A program made the translations under genes and the position numbers. The notes beneath the pieces were generated by a model that was not told where the DNA came from, did no database searches, and worked only from the letters and a program-made list of their open reading frames with translations. Below, piece after piece: positions 1 to 12,489 of a DNA stretch of 64,000 bases; the first letter of the stretch is position 1; every line of letters starts with the position of its first letter. This stretch comes from Minutocellus sp. GHC0000111 (taxonomy: Eukaryota), in NCBI GenBank assembly GCA_977018835.1, contig OZ361260.1, forward strand, positions 2,914,001 through 2,978,000, in the 5' to 3' direction.

Positions 1-886
1 GGAAGCCGCCAACCCATCTGGGGCAAGATTGAAATTCGACGAATCGAACCGGGCGCCATGCCAGGTACCCCATCCGATAGGGCAGCAATTAGAGATGAAG
101 AACCGAGTGTAGTAATGAATGAAGTATCTCCTGGCTTCTTTTCATCGTCCTCTAGACCATATCCTGGAGTGAAGAAATGAGAATAACCGCATAAAATTAC
201 GCGATGAGATGAGATGAGATTTTGGGCATTCGTCGCGTCGAGAATGAATGATACCCCATGTGGCCATGTAACTCACCTCGAGAGAAGACGACGGTGCCTT
301 CGCCAGACAATCCGTCGTAGGACCTCTTTCCCAGTTTTAGAACCTTGCCGCGTAGCTCGACAGTATCTCCTGCCTTGGCCACTCGAATTGTGCTGCTGCT
401 GCCCTCTTCTCCTTCAGTGCCTGCGACCTCCACGATATCCTTGTATCGGCTCCCGCCCGGCGCCACTTTCGGTGGAGTTGCATTGGCCGTCTCCTCCTCA
501 AGTTTCTGCTGCGCCAGGCGCTCGGCCTGTTCCTGACATTCCTCTACATTGCGACATTTCTTTTCCGACGATGACCCAGGTGGCGATGACTTGGGTGGCG
601 GCGCGTTGCCCTTGACGAGAGCGTGGGAGGGGAAGGGGCTGGTGAGGGTGGTGGCGGCGAATACGAAGGCAGCGGCGGAAGATTGAAGTACTGACCGGCG
701 CGCTACGACAATACCATCATCTTTCGTTTCATTATTGGTTTCTTCTGCCCCTAGAACCATCAGTCCACGGTTTAACGATGAAGAAGGCATGACGAACGCA
801 GATCCCACTGACGCCTCATTCGCCAACATGGTCGAAACCAGGATTAGCGGGGCACCACATGCCAGCAAGACTGATTTGCGATACAT
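1..886 (-). CDS. FKBP-type peptidyl-prolyl isomerase, probably thylakoid lumen; 3' end runs off the window; exons 886-277 and 163-<1
   Basis: ATG at 886 (MYRKSV). Signal peptide with GSAFV motif, then twin-Arg RRSVLQ...SHA lumen signal. GT-AG intron 276-164 joins VVFSR|GYGLEDDEKKPG...PGMAPGSIRRISILPQMGW, which is FKBP-like. Confidence 0.8.
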
Positions 887-1387
887 GATATGACGACTGC
901 TGTAAAAACACTTGTTCAAAATTATTGGCTTGGGAACTTGGAGCCACAGACCCAACCGTGCTTGCCTGGTCTACCGGCGGATATTAGTCTAATATTGTAG
1001 ATACGCACGAAATGGAATGTTGTATCGTCATCATCGACACATGATCCACTAAATATTACTCTGTTAGTGCCATTCTTTGATTTTTTCTCGTTCGGCTGAT
1101 CGTGAAGCCAAGCCAAAAATGACTTGAATTCCCCGCCACCGCTGTCTGAAAGTACCGGTACGTGGAATTGCTTATCTTTGGAGGCCTGGTTCTCGTTTTG
1201 CGCCAGCAGAAGTTCATTCCCTTATCGAAACCAGAATCTTCCCAGTTGAAACTTTGTCTGATCAACGCACAAGCCGGTCGCAGAACCGCAGCAACCAAGG
1301 AAGACATGTCTCCGAACGCTGTCAAACGACAAGACGAAACAGAGCCGACTCGCAGAGAGAAAAGACCCAGACGAAGTAGTGAACACA

Positions 1388-2281
1388 ATGAATACCATGT
1401 CTTCAACTTCGTCAGAGGAAACAATGGCTGCCCTCTTTGAAGAAATCAAGGCGCTGCAGCGCCAACAAGAAGTGTCCACAAGGCACTTGGTTGGTCTTCA
1501 AAGAGATCTCGCCGACTTGCAGCATCAAGTTGAAACCGATCTTGTCCAGCGGCACGAGAAGGAAATACTTCTGGAAATAAACCTCGACAACGAAATGGAG
1601 GCCCTGGTCGACTTCTCTAGCTCGGTCCGTCATCTCGACGACATTCATTTGCACAGCGTGCTTCTCCAAGATGTTCTCGAAGAAGAGGACGGCGGGGAAG
1701 ACAGCGACGAAGTCACTGCCTCCACTAGGATTCCTACCCTCTCCACCGAGAGCCAAAAGCTCGTCTCCGAAGCTACCAACGTAGTTCGATCCCACGCACT
1801 CCGACTTCGGAAAATTGTTGATGATGACCTCGAGTCTGAGGCCAATCATCGCATTGAAATAGAAAGTATCCGAGACAGAATCCGATGCGTTCAGGGAGTC
1901 ATTGATCGACTACAGAACAAGATCGTCACCCTTCGCAAAGATCTGAAGAAGCTAAAAAGGCTGAGAGAAGAGCAGCTCGAACGAGCCAAAAGGGAGGAAA
2001 GACAAGCGAGAATTGACAATCTACTGCGACAGCAACATTCCACCAAGGCCAATTCGGAAGGCAATGCCAACGAGCAGAAGAAGATGGACTCTTCTCGTCC
2101 ATTCTCGTGTGCAAGTCAATCGCTATCGTCGGGGGCGATATGCAAAAAGTCTTCTAGTTTAGAGTCGGATGATGAAATCTGCACGGCCGTTACTTTTCGC
2201 AAGGTATCGCAATGCCAAGATGGCGTGGGTGCTGTAAGATGCAGATCAAAACGACGAAGTTTTGTCAGTAAGACAGCATAG
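1388..2281 (+). CDS. Hypothetical coiled-coil protein
   Basis: Uninterrupted ORF of about 300 aa with heptad, charge-rich helical segments; no family motif recognised. Confidence 0.6.
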   Translation: MNTMSSTSSEETMAALFEEIKALQRQQEVSTRHLVGLQRDLADLQHQVETDLVQRHEKEILLEINLDNEMEALVDFSSSVRHLDDIHLHSVLLQDVLEEEDGGEDSDEVTASTRIPTLSTESQKLVSEATNVVRSHALRLRKIVDDDLESEANHRIEIESIRDRIRCVQGVIDRLQNKIVTLRKDLKKLKRLREEQLERAKREERQARIDNLLRQQHSTKANSEGNANEQKKMDSSRPFSCASQSLSSGAICKKSSSLESDDEICTAVTFRKVSQCQDGVGAVRCRSKRRSFVSKTA

Positions 2282-2616
2282 CTGCATAGGAAAATACATC
2301 TGTATGCACTTGATTTTGTAGAAATAGCATGCCTGTAAGCAATTCCTAGATGTATCTTAATTGGTAGTTTAAATCTCCGGAAGAACCAGTTCACAACAAA
2401 TATGTCTGCTAGAATATTCAAGAGTGCAACCAATTTGGCGCTTTTGCTTTTGTTTTGTGGTCTCGGATTCATTAATGGTGTTTCTGTTACACACAATTGT
2501 GGACAGCCAACATTCAATTTTGTCACATGCAATTTCTGTTTATATATTTTTATCTATGTGATGAAAATTCGTACGTAGTGTTTGTACACTTTGCTGGTTT
2601 TCGTTGTGCTCCACTT

Positions 2617-3477
2617 TTACCAGGCCCTGAGAAGGGGGTGGGTGGAATTGGCCAGAAAGTCCGACAGATGGAGCATCTTGAGGAAGCCCAGGAGGAAGCA
2701 GCAGTTGGCCAAAAGGATGGTGAGCCGTCCGGTCATCGATCCGTTGTTGTTGGGATGGGGCGAGTTCACGTTCCCCTTGATCGCGGTGGGGAGGATGGCA
2801 TCGCAGCAGTCATCGGAGGATAGGTTTGTTATCGCCGAGGCTAAGGATGACGCTGATGACGAGGAGGAAGAGGTCGAAGATACGACGGATGCCGAGCAGT
2901 CATTGCGGTCATAGAATTGTGACTGATTCTGGCGCAGATTGAACGAAACGCTCCGCGGGGGATGGTACTGCGACGTGGAGACGAACTGAGAGGGACTGCC
3001 AGGACGGCTGCTGTTGGGGGTGCCGACGTGGGGCCTTCTGGGGCTGCTGTGATCCGGTGCAGTCATCGCCGTGGATGCCGATGACTGTTGGGATGAAGAA
3101 GCAGCCTTGGTTGTTCGGCGGTAGTACTTGCTTCCCGTTCGCGAAGTGCTGACCCTGGAATTTTGGGCCCTCCAAGTGCGCTCATCGATGCTGCAGGGAT
3201 CCATCTGGGTCTCTATGTAGTCGATGCGATCGGCAAGGAGCATGGAAGGTGTTCGGGTCATGCTGCATGTACTACCGCTACTTCTGGGATGACCGGAATT
3301 CGAATTGCTCATGGCACATGCTGATGACGACGAATGAGACGGAGCAGCGTACAGTGCCGAAGAACGACGGCGCCTCATGGCATCGCCCTTGGACTTTTGC
3401 CCTCCCTCGTAGTTGAGGGGCATCGATGCCTCAACGGGGTCAAGGAGGAACGTACGGCGACGATTGCTGCTGCTCAT
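2617..3477 (-). CDS. Hypothetical Ser/Arg-rich protein with a hydrophobic C-terminal segment
   Basis: Long ORF, ATG (MSSSNRRR) near 3477, low complexity; start uncertain. Confidence 0.45.
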   Translation of the reverse strand: MSSSNRRRTFLLDPVEASMPLNYEGGQKSKGDAMRRRRSSALYAAPSHSSSSACAMSNSNSGHPRSSGSTCSMTRTPSMLLADRIDYIETQMDPCSIDERTWRAQNSRVSTSRTGSKYYRRTTKAASSSQQSSASTAMTAPDHSSPRRPHVGTPNSSRPGSPSQFVSTSQYHPPRSVSFNLRQNQSQFYDRNDCSASVVSSTSSSSSSASSLASAITNLSSDDCCDAILPTAIKGNVNSPHPNNNGSMTGRLTILLANCCFLLGFLKMLHLSDFLANSTHPLLRAW

Positions 3478-3739
3478 GGTTTCATCTCGATCTCGGACAC
3501 ATGCATGTGCATGCACTGTGCTGTAGTGCCCGCAAGTCCCACAAAACCTCAGAAACCACAGCTTGCCGGTAAATGATGTCATTCAGAATCGCCAGATTGG
3601 GCATCCCGCTGCCATGCTTGCTCAAGTGTGGTGGTGGCGGTGGCATCGTGCCGCTAAGTGTAGCTTAAATCCATCTACTACGAGGAAAACTTAGAACCAA
3701 ATCGAAAAAGAGCCATGTTAAGTTAGGCTTACATGCGTG

Positions 3740-5292
3740 CTACAGTAGGTCTAGCGATTCGATGGACCATGGTGGTCCGTGAACCTTGGTCCAATTCTCC
3801 ACCCCCCTCGCTCCATCCGAAACATGAATCACATGCTCAAGATGGCAAATTGCAGCATCTATTCCTGGGCGGTATTCTACCATAAAGTCATGGCCAGGGA
3901 AGTACAGCTGGCCCCTTTTCTTTCCAAATATGGTTATGCTTTCATACCCATGACTTTTGTTGGCGTCTTCGTGGGCTGCCAGCCACTGATGGTTCCGCAT
4001 CTCTCCGGTCATTTGCGCCCATTGTATCAAAGCCTCCTCAAAAACAAGTCTCCTTTCCTTCATAAAATACTTCAATGGGACTAGCCAATCACTGCCCAAA
4101 GGCTCATGGTTGAGCATGCATAAAACACCCTCGGCCATCACCCTCAACTTCATCTCCTGTGTCAAAATTCTTTTGTACACGAGGGACGATGCCACCTCCT
4201 TCGTCTTCTCTTCCTTGTCACATCTGTTCATTTTCATATCATTGTATATGGATCGAGACTTAACCTGGCCTGAATGGTTTACGTAGTAAACGATGCAGTG
4301 TGCTCCAGTGGGAGCCGAAGCGACCTGCACCGTTGTTGCCTTTTGCGTTACCTTGCTGAGTGAATGTGATGGATTGCCGGGAAGATATACCTAGGTACTC
4401 CACCGGCAGGACCATCTCTACCACTGAAGCCGATGTCCTTTTTCATCTCCTCGAGATGAAAGGACTCTGCGTCTCCTTCGGCATATTTCGGGTTCATGAC
4501 AAACATGAAGCCACCAGTCTTGGCGTCACCATCTCCACTACCAAACCGCACCAACAATGCTTCGGCGTCACCTCGGCAATATTTATTTTCATACTTACCA
4601 AAGTCTCGGTCGAACACTCGACCACCCTTTCCGTGCTTAGCAATCCGACTGTAATCTGACCTGGACTGAATGTCCAGCACCAACACTGTTATCTCGGACT
4701 TCATTCCGTAGTGGGCGGCTTTGAAACGCCGCCCAATGTGCTTTCTGTAAAATGACGAAAGCGAAATCTTCATCTGCTTTACCTTTTTTGGTTTCAGTTC
4801 CGGATGATCGTACGCCTCTTGAAGAATCTTATTTTTCACCAGCATGTCACCATGCTAGATTTCGTACTGTTCACATTGCAGGCATTTCTCACCCTCATCA
4901 TGCTCCATCGCCTGAGCGGCGGTCCTGAACCGCTTCGGACCGGTCGTCGCTGCCTTCTTCCATATCCTTTTGTCCCTCGTCATGGTCAGGTCTCTCTTGC
5001 ACGACGTGCATGAGAGACAAGAGTGCATTGATTTCTCTTGTGGCATAGCCAGTGAAAGCCCCGACATGGCCACGGAAAGCGCCGGAGTCGAAAGCGGCGG
5101 CATCAGACTCTTTGCCGGAAGGAACGACGGCGGAAGGAACGACGGCGGAAGGAACGACGGAACGAACGGCGGCGGAGCGAACGCCCCCTTACCGTCCATT
5201 TTCGCTTGCCGCAACAAATGCCTGTAGTCATTTGTTTTCCTTTTGGTACCCCTGTAGGTACCGCAGTGGTTAGCCATCAGGGCGCCCGACAT
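3740..5292 (-). pseudogene. Probable disrupted orphan gene split into three ORFs
   Basis: ORFs 5292-4855 and 4845-4348 share a frame and are separated only by TAG plus 3 codons. ORF 4330-3740 follows 17 nt later in another frame. Globular-looking sequence with CxxC pairs. Confidence 0.45.
5116..5160. repeat. 15-bp tandem repeat (CGGAAGGAACGACGG)x3
   Basis: Three perfect adjacent copies; encodes PSFLP repeats on the minus strand. Confidence 0.95.
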
Positions 5293-5917
5293 TTTCGAGA
5301 GTCGAGGGCTTCATGCCAATGACGAGGTGCTTGTGCGGGCGGCGGGCGGCGGGCGGGGGTGGCGCAATGCGGGAGAGGTCATTTCCGTTGGTAGTGCAGT
5401 AAGTAAGCACTAGCATTTTTTTCCCCGCCGTCCCGCATTCATCGCAGGCGGTGCCTGCGGTGCCTTACCAATTGGTATTATGCATGAAGCTGCTCGTATG
5501 TATGTAGTGACCGTAGTGCGACGTAGCTAGTGTGAGGCCGCGGTTTCTTTTGCTGCGTGGTGTGTTCCAATGGGTGGACGGCGAGCACGTTCAGCACGTG
5601 GTGCCGCCGCCTACGGTCGTGATGATCGCCGCAACAGCAAAGGCGCAAGTCTTGATGATTTTGCAGCAGCCTCACTATTGAGTCGAGCGTGTCCATCTTG
5701 AGCTAAAAAAGTCAGTGCAGGCGGCCTTCCGTAAGAAAACGCCACACAACTCGCGGTACCGCTCTGGCCCGAGCGGCAGTCAGGCCGCGTGCCACACTGC
5801 CATATTTGCTTACGGTCAATCAAATACGATCATCATATCGCCCGTCCGTGGTTATTGCGTACTGTAGATTGCAAGATAGAGCGTACCCTCCGCTCCGCTA
5901 GAGTCCGTCACCGCACC

Positions 5918-8900
5918 ATGAGCAACCGCAAGAAAAAGAGCACATGTGCTGATGATGGTGAAAATGGGGCCGGCGGCGGACAGGTTCCGGACGCGTCTGC
6001 TTCGGCTTCGGCGTCGCCGGCGGCACCTTCGCCGTACACGCCCCTCATGTTCACCCCCCGCGACGAGGAGTTCCTGTCCCCGCAGCTCTGCCTCGTCCGG
6101 TCCCTCCTCCAGTACTTCCCCGCCAGTCCGGAGGACATCAAGGTCCGGCAGCGCAAGGGCGGCACCGCCAAGCCCCTCCGTCCCAACCGCGTCGGCATCC
6201 GGTGCGTCCACTGCGCCCCGATCCGACCGTCCGAGCGACCGAACGGGGCCGTCTCGTACCCCAAGAACGTCGGCCTGGTCCACCAGGCCGTCCGCAACTG
6301 GCAGCGCTTCCATCTGTGGGACTGTCCCAACATCCCCCAGTCGACCAAGGACCGGCTCAAGGGCATGGGCCGCGGTCGGAAGCACGCCGGGTCCGGCGGC
6401 GCCGCGCACTGGGTCGACAGCTGCGCCGCTTTGGGCATACGGGACTGCCCCGACGGGGAGGGCATCGAGTTTGCGGAGGGGGGTGGTGACGCCGGTGCCA
6501 GTGTCGGTGCCGTTGGCGGAGTTGAGAGCGGGTATGCGTCGGCTGCGTCGGCGACCTCGGCGGCAACATCACAACAATACGCGTCGGCGGCGGTTCCATC
6601 GGTCTCGGCATCGATATCGGCCTCCTCGATGGATCAGATGTCACTCAACCCAATGGCGGCGGCGTCTCTGTCGGCATCAAGTAATGCCGCATCCATGATG
6701 CTGCCGATGCCCATGCCCATGCCCATGCCACCTCTGCCGGAAGCAACGCATGCGCAGCAGCAGTTGCTACAGCAGCAGATGATGATGCTCCCATCGGATA
6801 TCCTGTAGAATGTCCTGAATTCCGCTTTGGAACCCATCCCGCTTCACCATGGCGATGCGGCGGGTGCAGGTGCTGTTCCGGGTGCTGCCGGTGGTACCAC
6901 TGGTATGACGATGCCAGGACAAGAACAGCAGGGAGGAGCGCTTGGTGGTGGATTTTCGATGCCATCTATAGGAGGCACCACGGCCACTCCCAGTCTTCAT
7001 GCCACCACGGTTGCTGCTGCCGACGCGTTGTCGTTGGAAGATCATACGGAGGCATTTTCCAATCTCAAGGATGATCTCGCCGAGCTAGACTTTGGCGACG
7101 ATGACGATGACGAAGTCTACATCGACCCAGATGAGGCTACGATCCGCAGTGGTGGCAAGCCGGCCTCCGTTCAAGGGGTTGGCGGAAACGATGCCCTGAC
7201 GGAGGATCTGACGCACTCTTGCGAGGGATCGCAAGCATCTGAGCTTACCCTCTCCGGTGAGCATGCTCAACTCTTGACGATGGTCCGGTCGGCCCTCGAC
7301 TTGGTCGTGACGTTCCAGGCGGAACGTCAGGGAAAGGGGGGGGAAGGTAAAGTTTGCAGCGATGCCGAACTTCATCGGTCCCTTGGCCGGATGCTATACG
7401 AACACTTTTCTGGAAAATCTTATTTGGAAGATGATGATGCGATACATGCATCCGATTGTGGTGGCAGTACATGCAGAGAAGGAGGGGTTGTAGATTCCGG
7501 TAGCAGCGATGGCGATACTCTTGATGACTGCAGTGAGCAGGTTTCAAAGAGAAAAGGACGACGGAAGACCATTGATTCCACTGCCAAGAGCATCCAAGCC
7601 GATGGCAGTGGCTACGTCCCGCTTCTCGATCTTGGCTATCCCATTCGTCTTTCGACAATGGTGGACTGCCTGGTGAAATCTGGATCATCGGCAAATGACA
7701 GTGCTTGTTCCTTCGCGTCAGTTAAGGAGGTCGAAGAGGAGATACATGAGATGCTGGAACAGCCAAGCCAAAACCTATATGATGTTGCAGCAGCTGTGTA
7801 CTGTGATGGGCACCTTCGCTTTGCCGAAAACAAGCTATACGGACGATCGGATGAGTTGGCGACGCTGATGTCGGCCTACGACCGTGTGATCCACTCCAAA
7901 AAGGAGAAGCGAGGCATTGCTCTCATCAATGGTTACGCTGGAACAGGAAAGAGTTCTTTGGTAGATCAGATCCTCCCCTGTCTTCAGTCTGATAGAGCTG
8001 GCTTTGTTTATTGCAAGTTTGATATTCAAGGTCAGGAGCAGCCTATGTCATCCTTCTTCCGAGCTCTCGATGGGTATTGTCAAATCCTAGTCGATGGCGA
8101 TCCCACACTTCTAGCTGAGATCAGGGGTGCCATTGATTATGCGCTTGGCCCCAGTGTGTCGTTACTGAAAGGTCAGGTTCCTCATTTGGGGGCCGTTTTG
8201 GGACGTGATTCTCCTGTCTTGCAGGCGGCTGAAACGACCAACGCCCTCAACCACATCAGCTATAGTCTCCGTTTGTTTGTACGGGCAATATCAGGACCGA
8301 GTCACCCGCTTGTTTTTCTACTCGATGATCTGCAGTATGCAGACAAAAATAGCGTGGACGTTATCAATCTGCTTTTGAAGGATGCGGATGCAACATCTCT
8401 GCTTTTCATTGGGTGTTATAGGGAGGAGTCTGTTTCCATCGACCACCCCTTAACAGAAGGACTTGGCGAAATTGCCATGACGGCCGAAATGCCAATGTCC
8501 TCCATTTCGCTGGGCAATTTGAATAAGGAGAGTGTCAATGAAATGGTATGTGAAACCCTCAATATGTCTCGAAGACTTACTCGGCCGCTTGCCGATGCAC
8601 TTCATGCAAAGACGAACGGTAATCCTATGTTTGTTCGGCAGCTCATGGCTTCCTTGAACGTGGATGGCCTCATTCGTTACTCCGCCACTACTCGGCGGTG
8701 GGAATGGAACATCAGAGCAATACAAGAGAAAAACATTGCTGATAATGCTGTTGATTTGTTAGTTGGGCGGATGAAAGGATATGGTCCTGAAATCGAGCTT
8801 ATGCTGCAGGTTGCTTCTTGCCTTGGGACAAGCTTTGATCCAAAAGCTCTTTTCCTATGTTTTACCGATGACAAATGTAATGAAAGCTCAGTCGATAGCT

Positions 8901-10020
8901 GTTTGATGAAACTTGTGGCGGATGGTCTCATCAATAAGGTCGGCACGGTGTACAGATTTGGACATGATCTTATATGGCAGGCTGCGTACGCTCTGACTCC
9001 CTCGTCCAAACAAGAGAGCATGCACCTTCATGTGGGACGACAGTTGCTTCAAAATGGGAAAGAGGAGGAAAGGGATCAGATGTTGTCAGCCATTGCCGAT
9101 CAACTCAACAGAGGTATCGATTTGATCAATGATGACGCCGAACGAATATTGCTGGTGAAGCTGAACCTACAAGTTGGCCAGAAAGAATTGTCCTCCATGT
9201 CCTTCCTACCCGCCTCGCTCTATTTACTTCAAGGTACCATCTTGGTGAGAGATGAGGACTGGAAGGATCACTACGATATGTGTTTGCAGCATTTTACATC
9301 GTGCGCGGACGTACAGTTGGCGCTTGGAAATAGTTCTGAAACCATGACATTGGCCACGCAGGTGCTAACGCGCGGCAAAAGCTTGCAGGACAAATTTGGT
9401 GCATATCATTCCCTACTGAAGGCTAAAATATCGCAGGGAGATGCCGACGAGCCCGTAAAGATTGGCCTATCAATATTAGAGCAATTAGGCGAGTCTTTTC
9501 CAACGAATGTCGACCAAGACGAGATTGGAAAGGAATTGATGAGTACGAAACATTTGTTGGAGACAAGTTCCGAGGAAGAGATACTGGAAACGGACGCCAT
9601 GACAGATGCTGACAGGGTTGCTACAATGCGCTTTCTTCTTCTTGTGAGTAATCTATGCTGTTGTGTGCTGAAATACTTCCTTTTTCCGAGAGATGGATGA
9701 AACCACTACTAATCCTTTTTCTTCTTCGTGTCTGCTGCACTTCCCAGACGAGCCGTATAGCATATGCCATCAATCCTGGTCTGAATTTGCTCATGAATTT
9801 ACGAATGGTACATATTACCATGGCCGGCGGGCTGACGCCCGAATCTTCCTTCGCCTTTTCGTCTTGCGCCTTCGCTCCTGGTGGCCGTGCTTCATATTCA
9901 ACCCGGAACAGCCTCTGCACCAGCTTCTGCTGCTGCAACTGGGTCTCGTCGGCGAACTCAGTGGTGGGCGGAGGCGCTGGGCGCTGGAGATGTTGGTGGC
10001 GGTGGCGGTGGCAACGATAG
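5918..10020 (+). pseudogene. Diatom-type Cys/His domain fused to a STAND-like (AAA_16-type) ATPase; in-frame TAG at 6806 and apparent 3' truncation near 9870
   Basis: N-terminal VGIRCVHC...HLWDCPNIP...WVDSC domain. ORFs 5789-6808 and 6827-9700 are in the same frame. Walker A GYAGTGKS (about 7931), Walker B LVFLLDDLQYAD, GNPMFV, YRFGHDLIWQAAY. Intron 9644-9747 (GTGAGT...CAG). Confidence 0.7.
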
Positions 10021-12147
10021 GCCAGTTCCTCGCCCTACGAATCCACCGCCAACTCTGCCAACGGGTGGTGACTACCTGCAATTCGTCGACAGAGAGCCGA
10101 ACTTTCGGCTGGGGCGGTGCGAAGGAGACTGCGACAAGGATTCGGTACGTTCTCGTTTATTTGGCGCACTGGTTTTACGGACTTACATAATCGCTCTCAG
10201 TCTCTCTCATTTTTAAATTTTCTTACGTCGTCGTATCTCCTTCTCCTTGCCCTCTTCCCTGCTACTCGCAATCAACAGGAATGTCAAAAAGGCCTCGTAT
10301 GCTTTGAGCCTGAGGATCGGAAAGTTTTAGCCTGGGGTTGCATTGGAGAGGTTGATGGCAATGTAAGTGACGTTTTGGCTCGCGTTTGAAGTCGACCGGC
10401 TGGTTTGCTTTGATCGTTTTCTTACGCTGCCCAATCTCTTTGTTTGCCACCTTTCAATTGATAGACCAACTACTGTATCGACCCCGCAGAAATCCCCCCC
10501 ACCGTCGCTCCGACTGCGGCACCAACCACAAAGAGCCCTACATTGAGCCCAACAGCACGGCCTACCAAGTCGCCTACTCCAGGACCTACGTCTCCGCCAA
10601 CGCCAGCTCCTTCGCCGATGCCATCCCCGAAACCGACCGTTCCTGAGAAGCTGTTCATGATGTTAGACCCGATCATTCTGCGCTTGACGTTTCCCAAGAA
10701 TGTGGAACTCCCCACCGAAAAGCGAGACAATCGCATCATCAGACATCATTTGGCCCACATCATTGGCAATCTGTTTCGTGAGGAGTTCCCCAGCCGTTTC
10801 TTTTGGGAGGCTGAGCTCAATATTCAGCCCTTGGTTGAGGAAGGAGGAGGTGATGACGATGGCAACCGACGCGCCCTTCAAAGATCGTCGTCCACCAAGA
10901 CACTTGCCTACGAAATTTCTGGTGAAGCGGCCTTCGTGGACATCCCGGGTACAATCCTCCCAAGCAGGGAGAAAATGCGCGCTGGCATGACCCATGTTCT
11001 CAATGCCAATGTTATCTTCAAGGAGCTTCAGGACACAAATCATTCCGTCCTTGGTTTTGTAAAGTCACTCGATATCTCATGGGCCGATGACAACCAAAAA
11101 ATGTCTCAGAGTACCAGAGGAGGGGGTGAAGCCGGCGGTGCCAGTACTACACAAAAAGTTGTCGGTTCGATACTGTTCGTCCTAGTCGTTGTCGCAATAA
11201 CTGGCATCGGTTTTGTGCTCTACAAACGCAAAAAGGCGGGCAAAGAAATGTGGACACTCAAGGCCTTCGTGCCCGGCCAGAAAGATTCAAGCGCATCCTC
11301 TTCAGAAAATAACAGCGCCTATGGGTCCGATGATAACAACGGTCTTTCGTGGGCCAAGGAAGGCCCTGCTGATACAACTATGGATACAACTCAGACTTTC
11401 GAAGAGGGTGACAGATCAAACAATGCAAGGCTAAGCAAATTTTCGTCGATCGCTACATCTTCGAAGAAGATGTTCAGTAATGTTGTGAAGACGAGATCTG
11501 GAAGAGCTGTAACGTCCTCGGAGGCTGGTGTAGAGACATCAGTATTGCCTTCCGGGGTTTCCGATATGATTTCATCTGTCGATGAGGGAACTGATGTTGA
11601 GGGCGGTATGAGCCTCATGAGTGGCGATGAGTCTGCGAGTGGCAGCGAATTTTCATTTGCCGCCATTGGCGCAAGACTCTCCAAGACAATCGCAAGTAGC
11701 AATGGAAGCATGTACTCTTTGCCAAAGAATTACCAGACGGACGGAGCTGGCGATGCCTCTGTTGACATTTCGCTTGGATCATCCACTGCAGACATTAACA
11801 GTGCACATGGTGGTGCTCCTTTGGGATCGGTGCTCGAAGCTGACGACGAAGGTCACGACACTACAAGCGCGGAAGAAGAAAGCGGAGCCACCCCGGCAAC
11901 TGGTTCCCAGACGAATGTGGCAGCGTCCGCCGATCCTCTCGCGGCAATGGCGGCACTCATGAGAGAGACCATTGAGAAGGGCAACGTTAGTTACCTACCC
12001 AACGATCTTACGAATGGCAACGTCGATAAGGCCGTCGCCTCTACGCCCGGAACTGTTGAACTAAATGGTGATGAGACTGGAAGTGTTATTAGCGGCGTCA
12101 CAGCTTGTACCGGAGAAATTGCATCGACATCAAATCCTCGCTCCTAG
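9875..12147 (+). CDS. Type I membrane protein with a frustulin-like Cys-rich (CEGDCD) domain, Pro/Thr stalk, globular domain, TM helix and Ser-rich tail; start codon not found
   Basis: Introns 10145-10278 and 10363-10464 give LGRCEGDCDKDS|ECQKGLVC...GCIG...GN|TNYCIDP. PT repeats, then TM VVGSILFVLVVVAITGIGFVLY followed by KRKK. Confidence 0.75.
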
Positions 12148-12489
12148 CTAGATATCTATTGATCTAGATCTAGCTACGTTGGAAGTGATGGAGAGAAATG
12201 CTGGCATCGTCCGATGTGTGGTATAAGAAAAAAAGACAGAGTAAGAAGCCTTGCAGTACCAGTACCTTTTTTTAGACGTGGGAACTTATGTACGCGGTTC
12301 ATCTTCTTTGGGCGTTGCGATTACTTTTGATGGATTGACTGAAGAGTGAAAAAGAGTGTGTAGTCCATGCATAGCGAAATTATTGTTTACATGTAGTTAG
12401 AAGACCAATACACCACACATGTAGGAATTCTTACGGTAGATATATGTATGTTGCTTTGTATGGATATCACTGACACTACTACTTGTAGC

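Noticed and set aside
5852..6698. Several overlapping 185-250 aa ORFs on both strands
   Set aside because: By-products of high GC3 in the Cys/His-domain coding region.
6806..6808. Genome-wide TAG reassignment (alternative genetic code)
   Set aside because: TAG terminates several apparently complete genes here (e.g. 2281, 12147, 16351, 19227).
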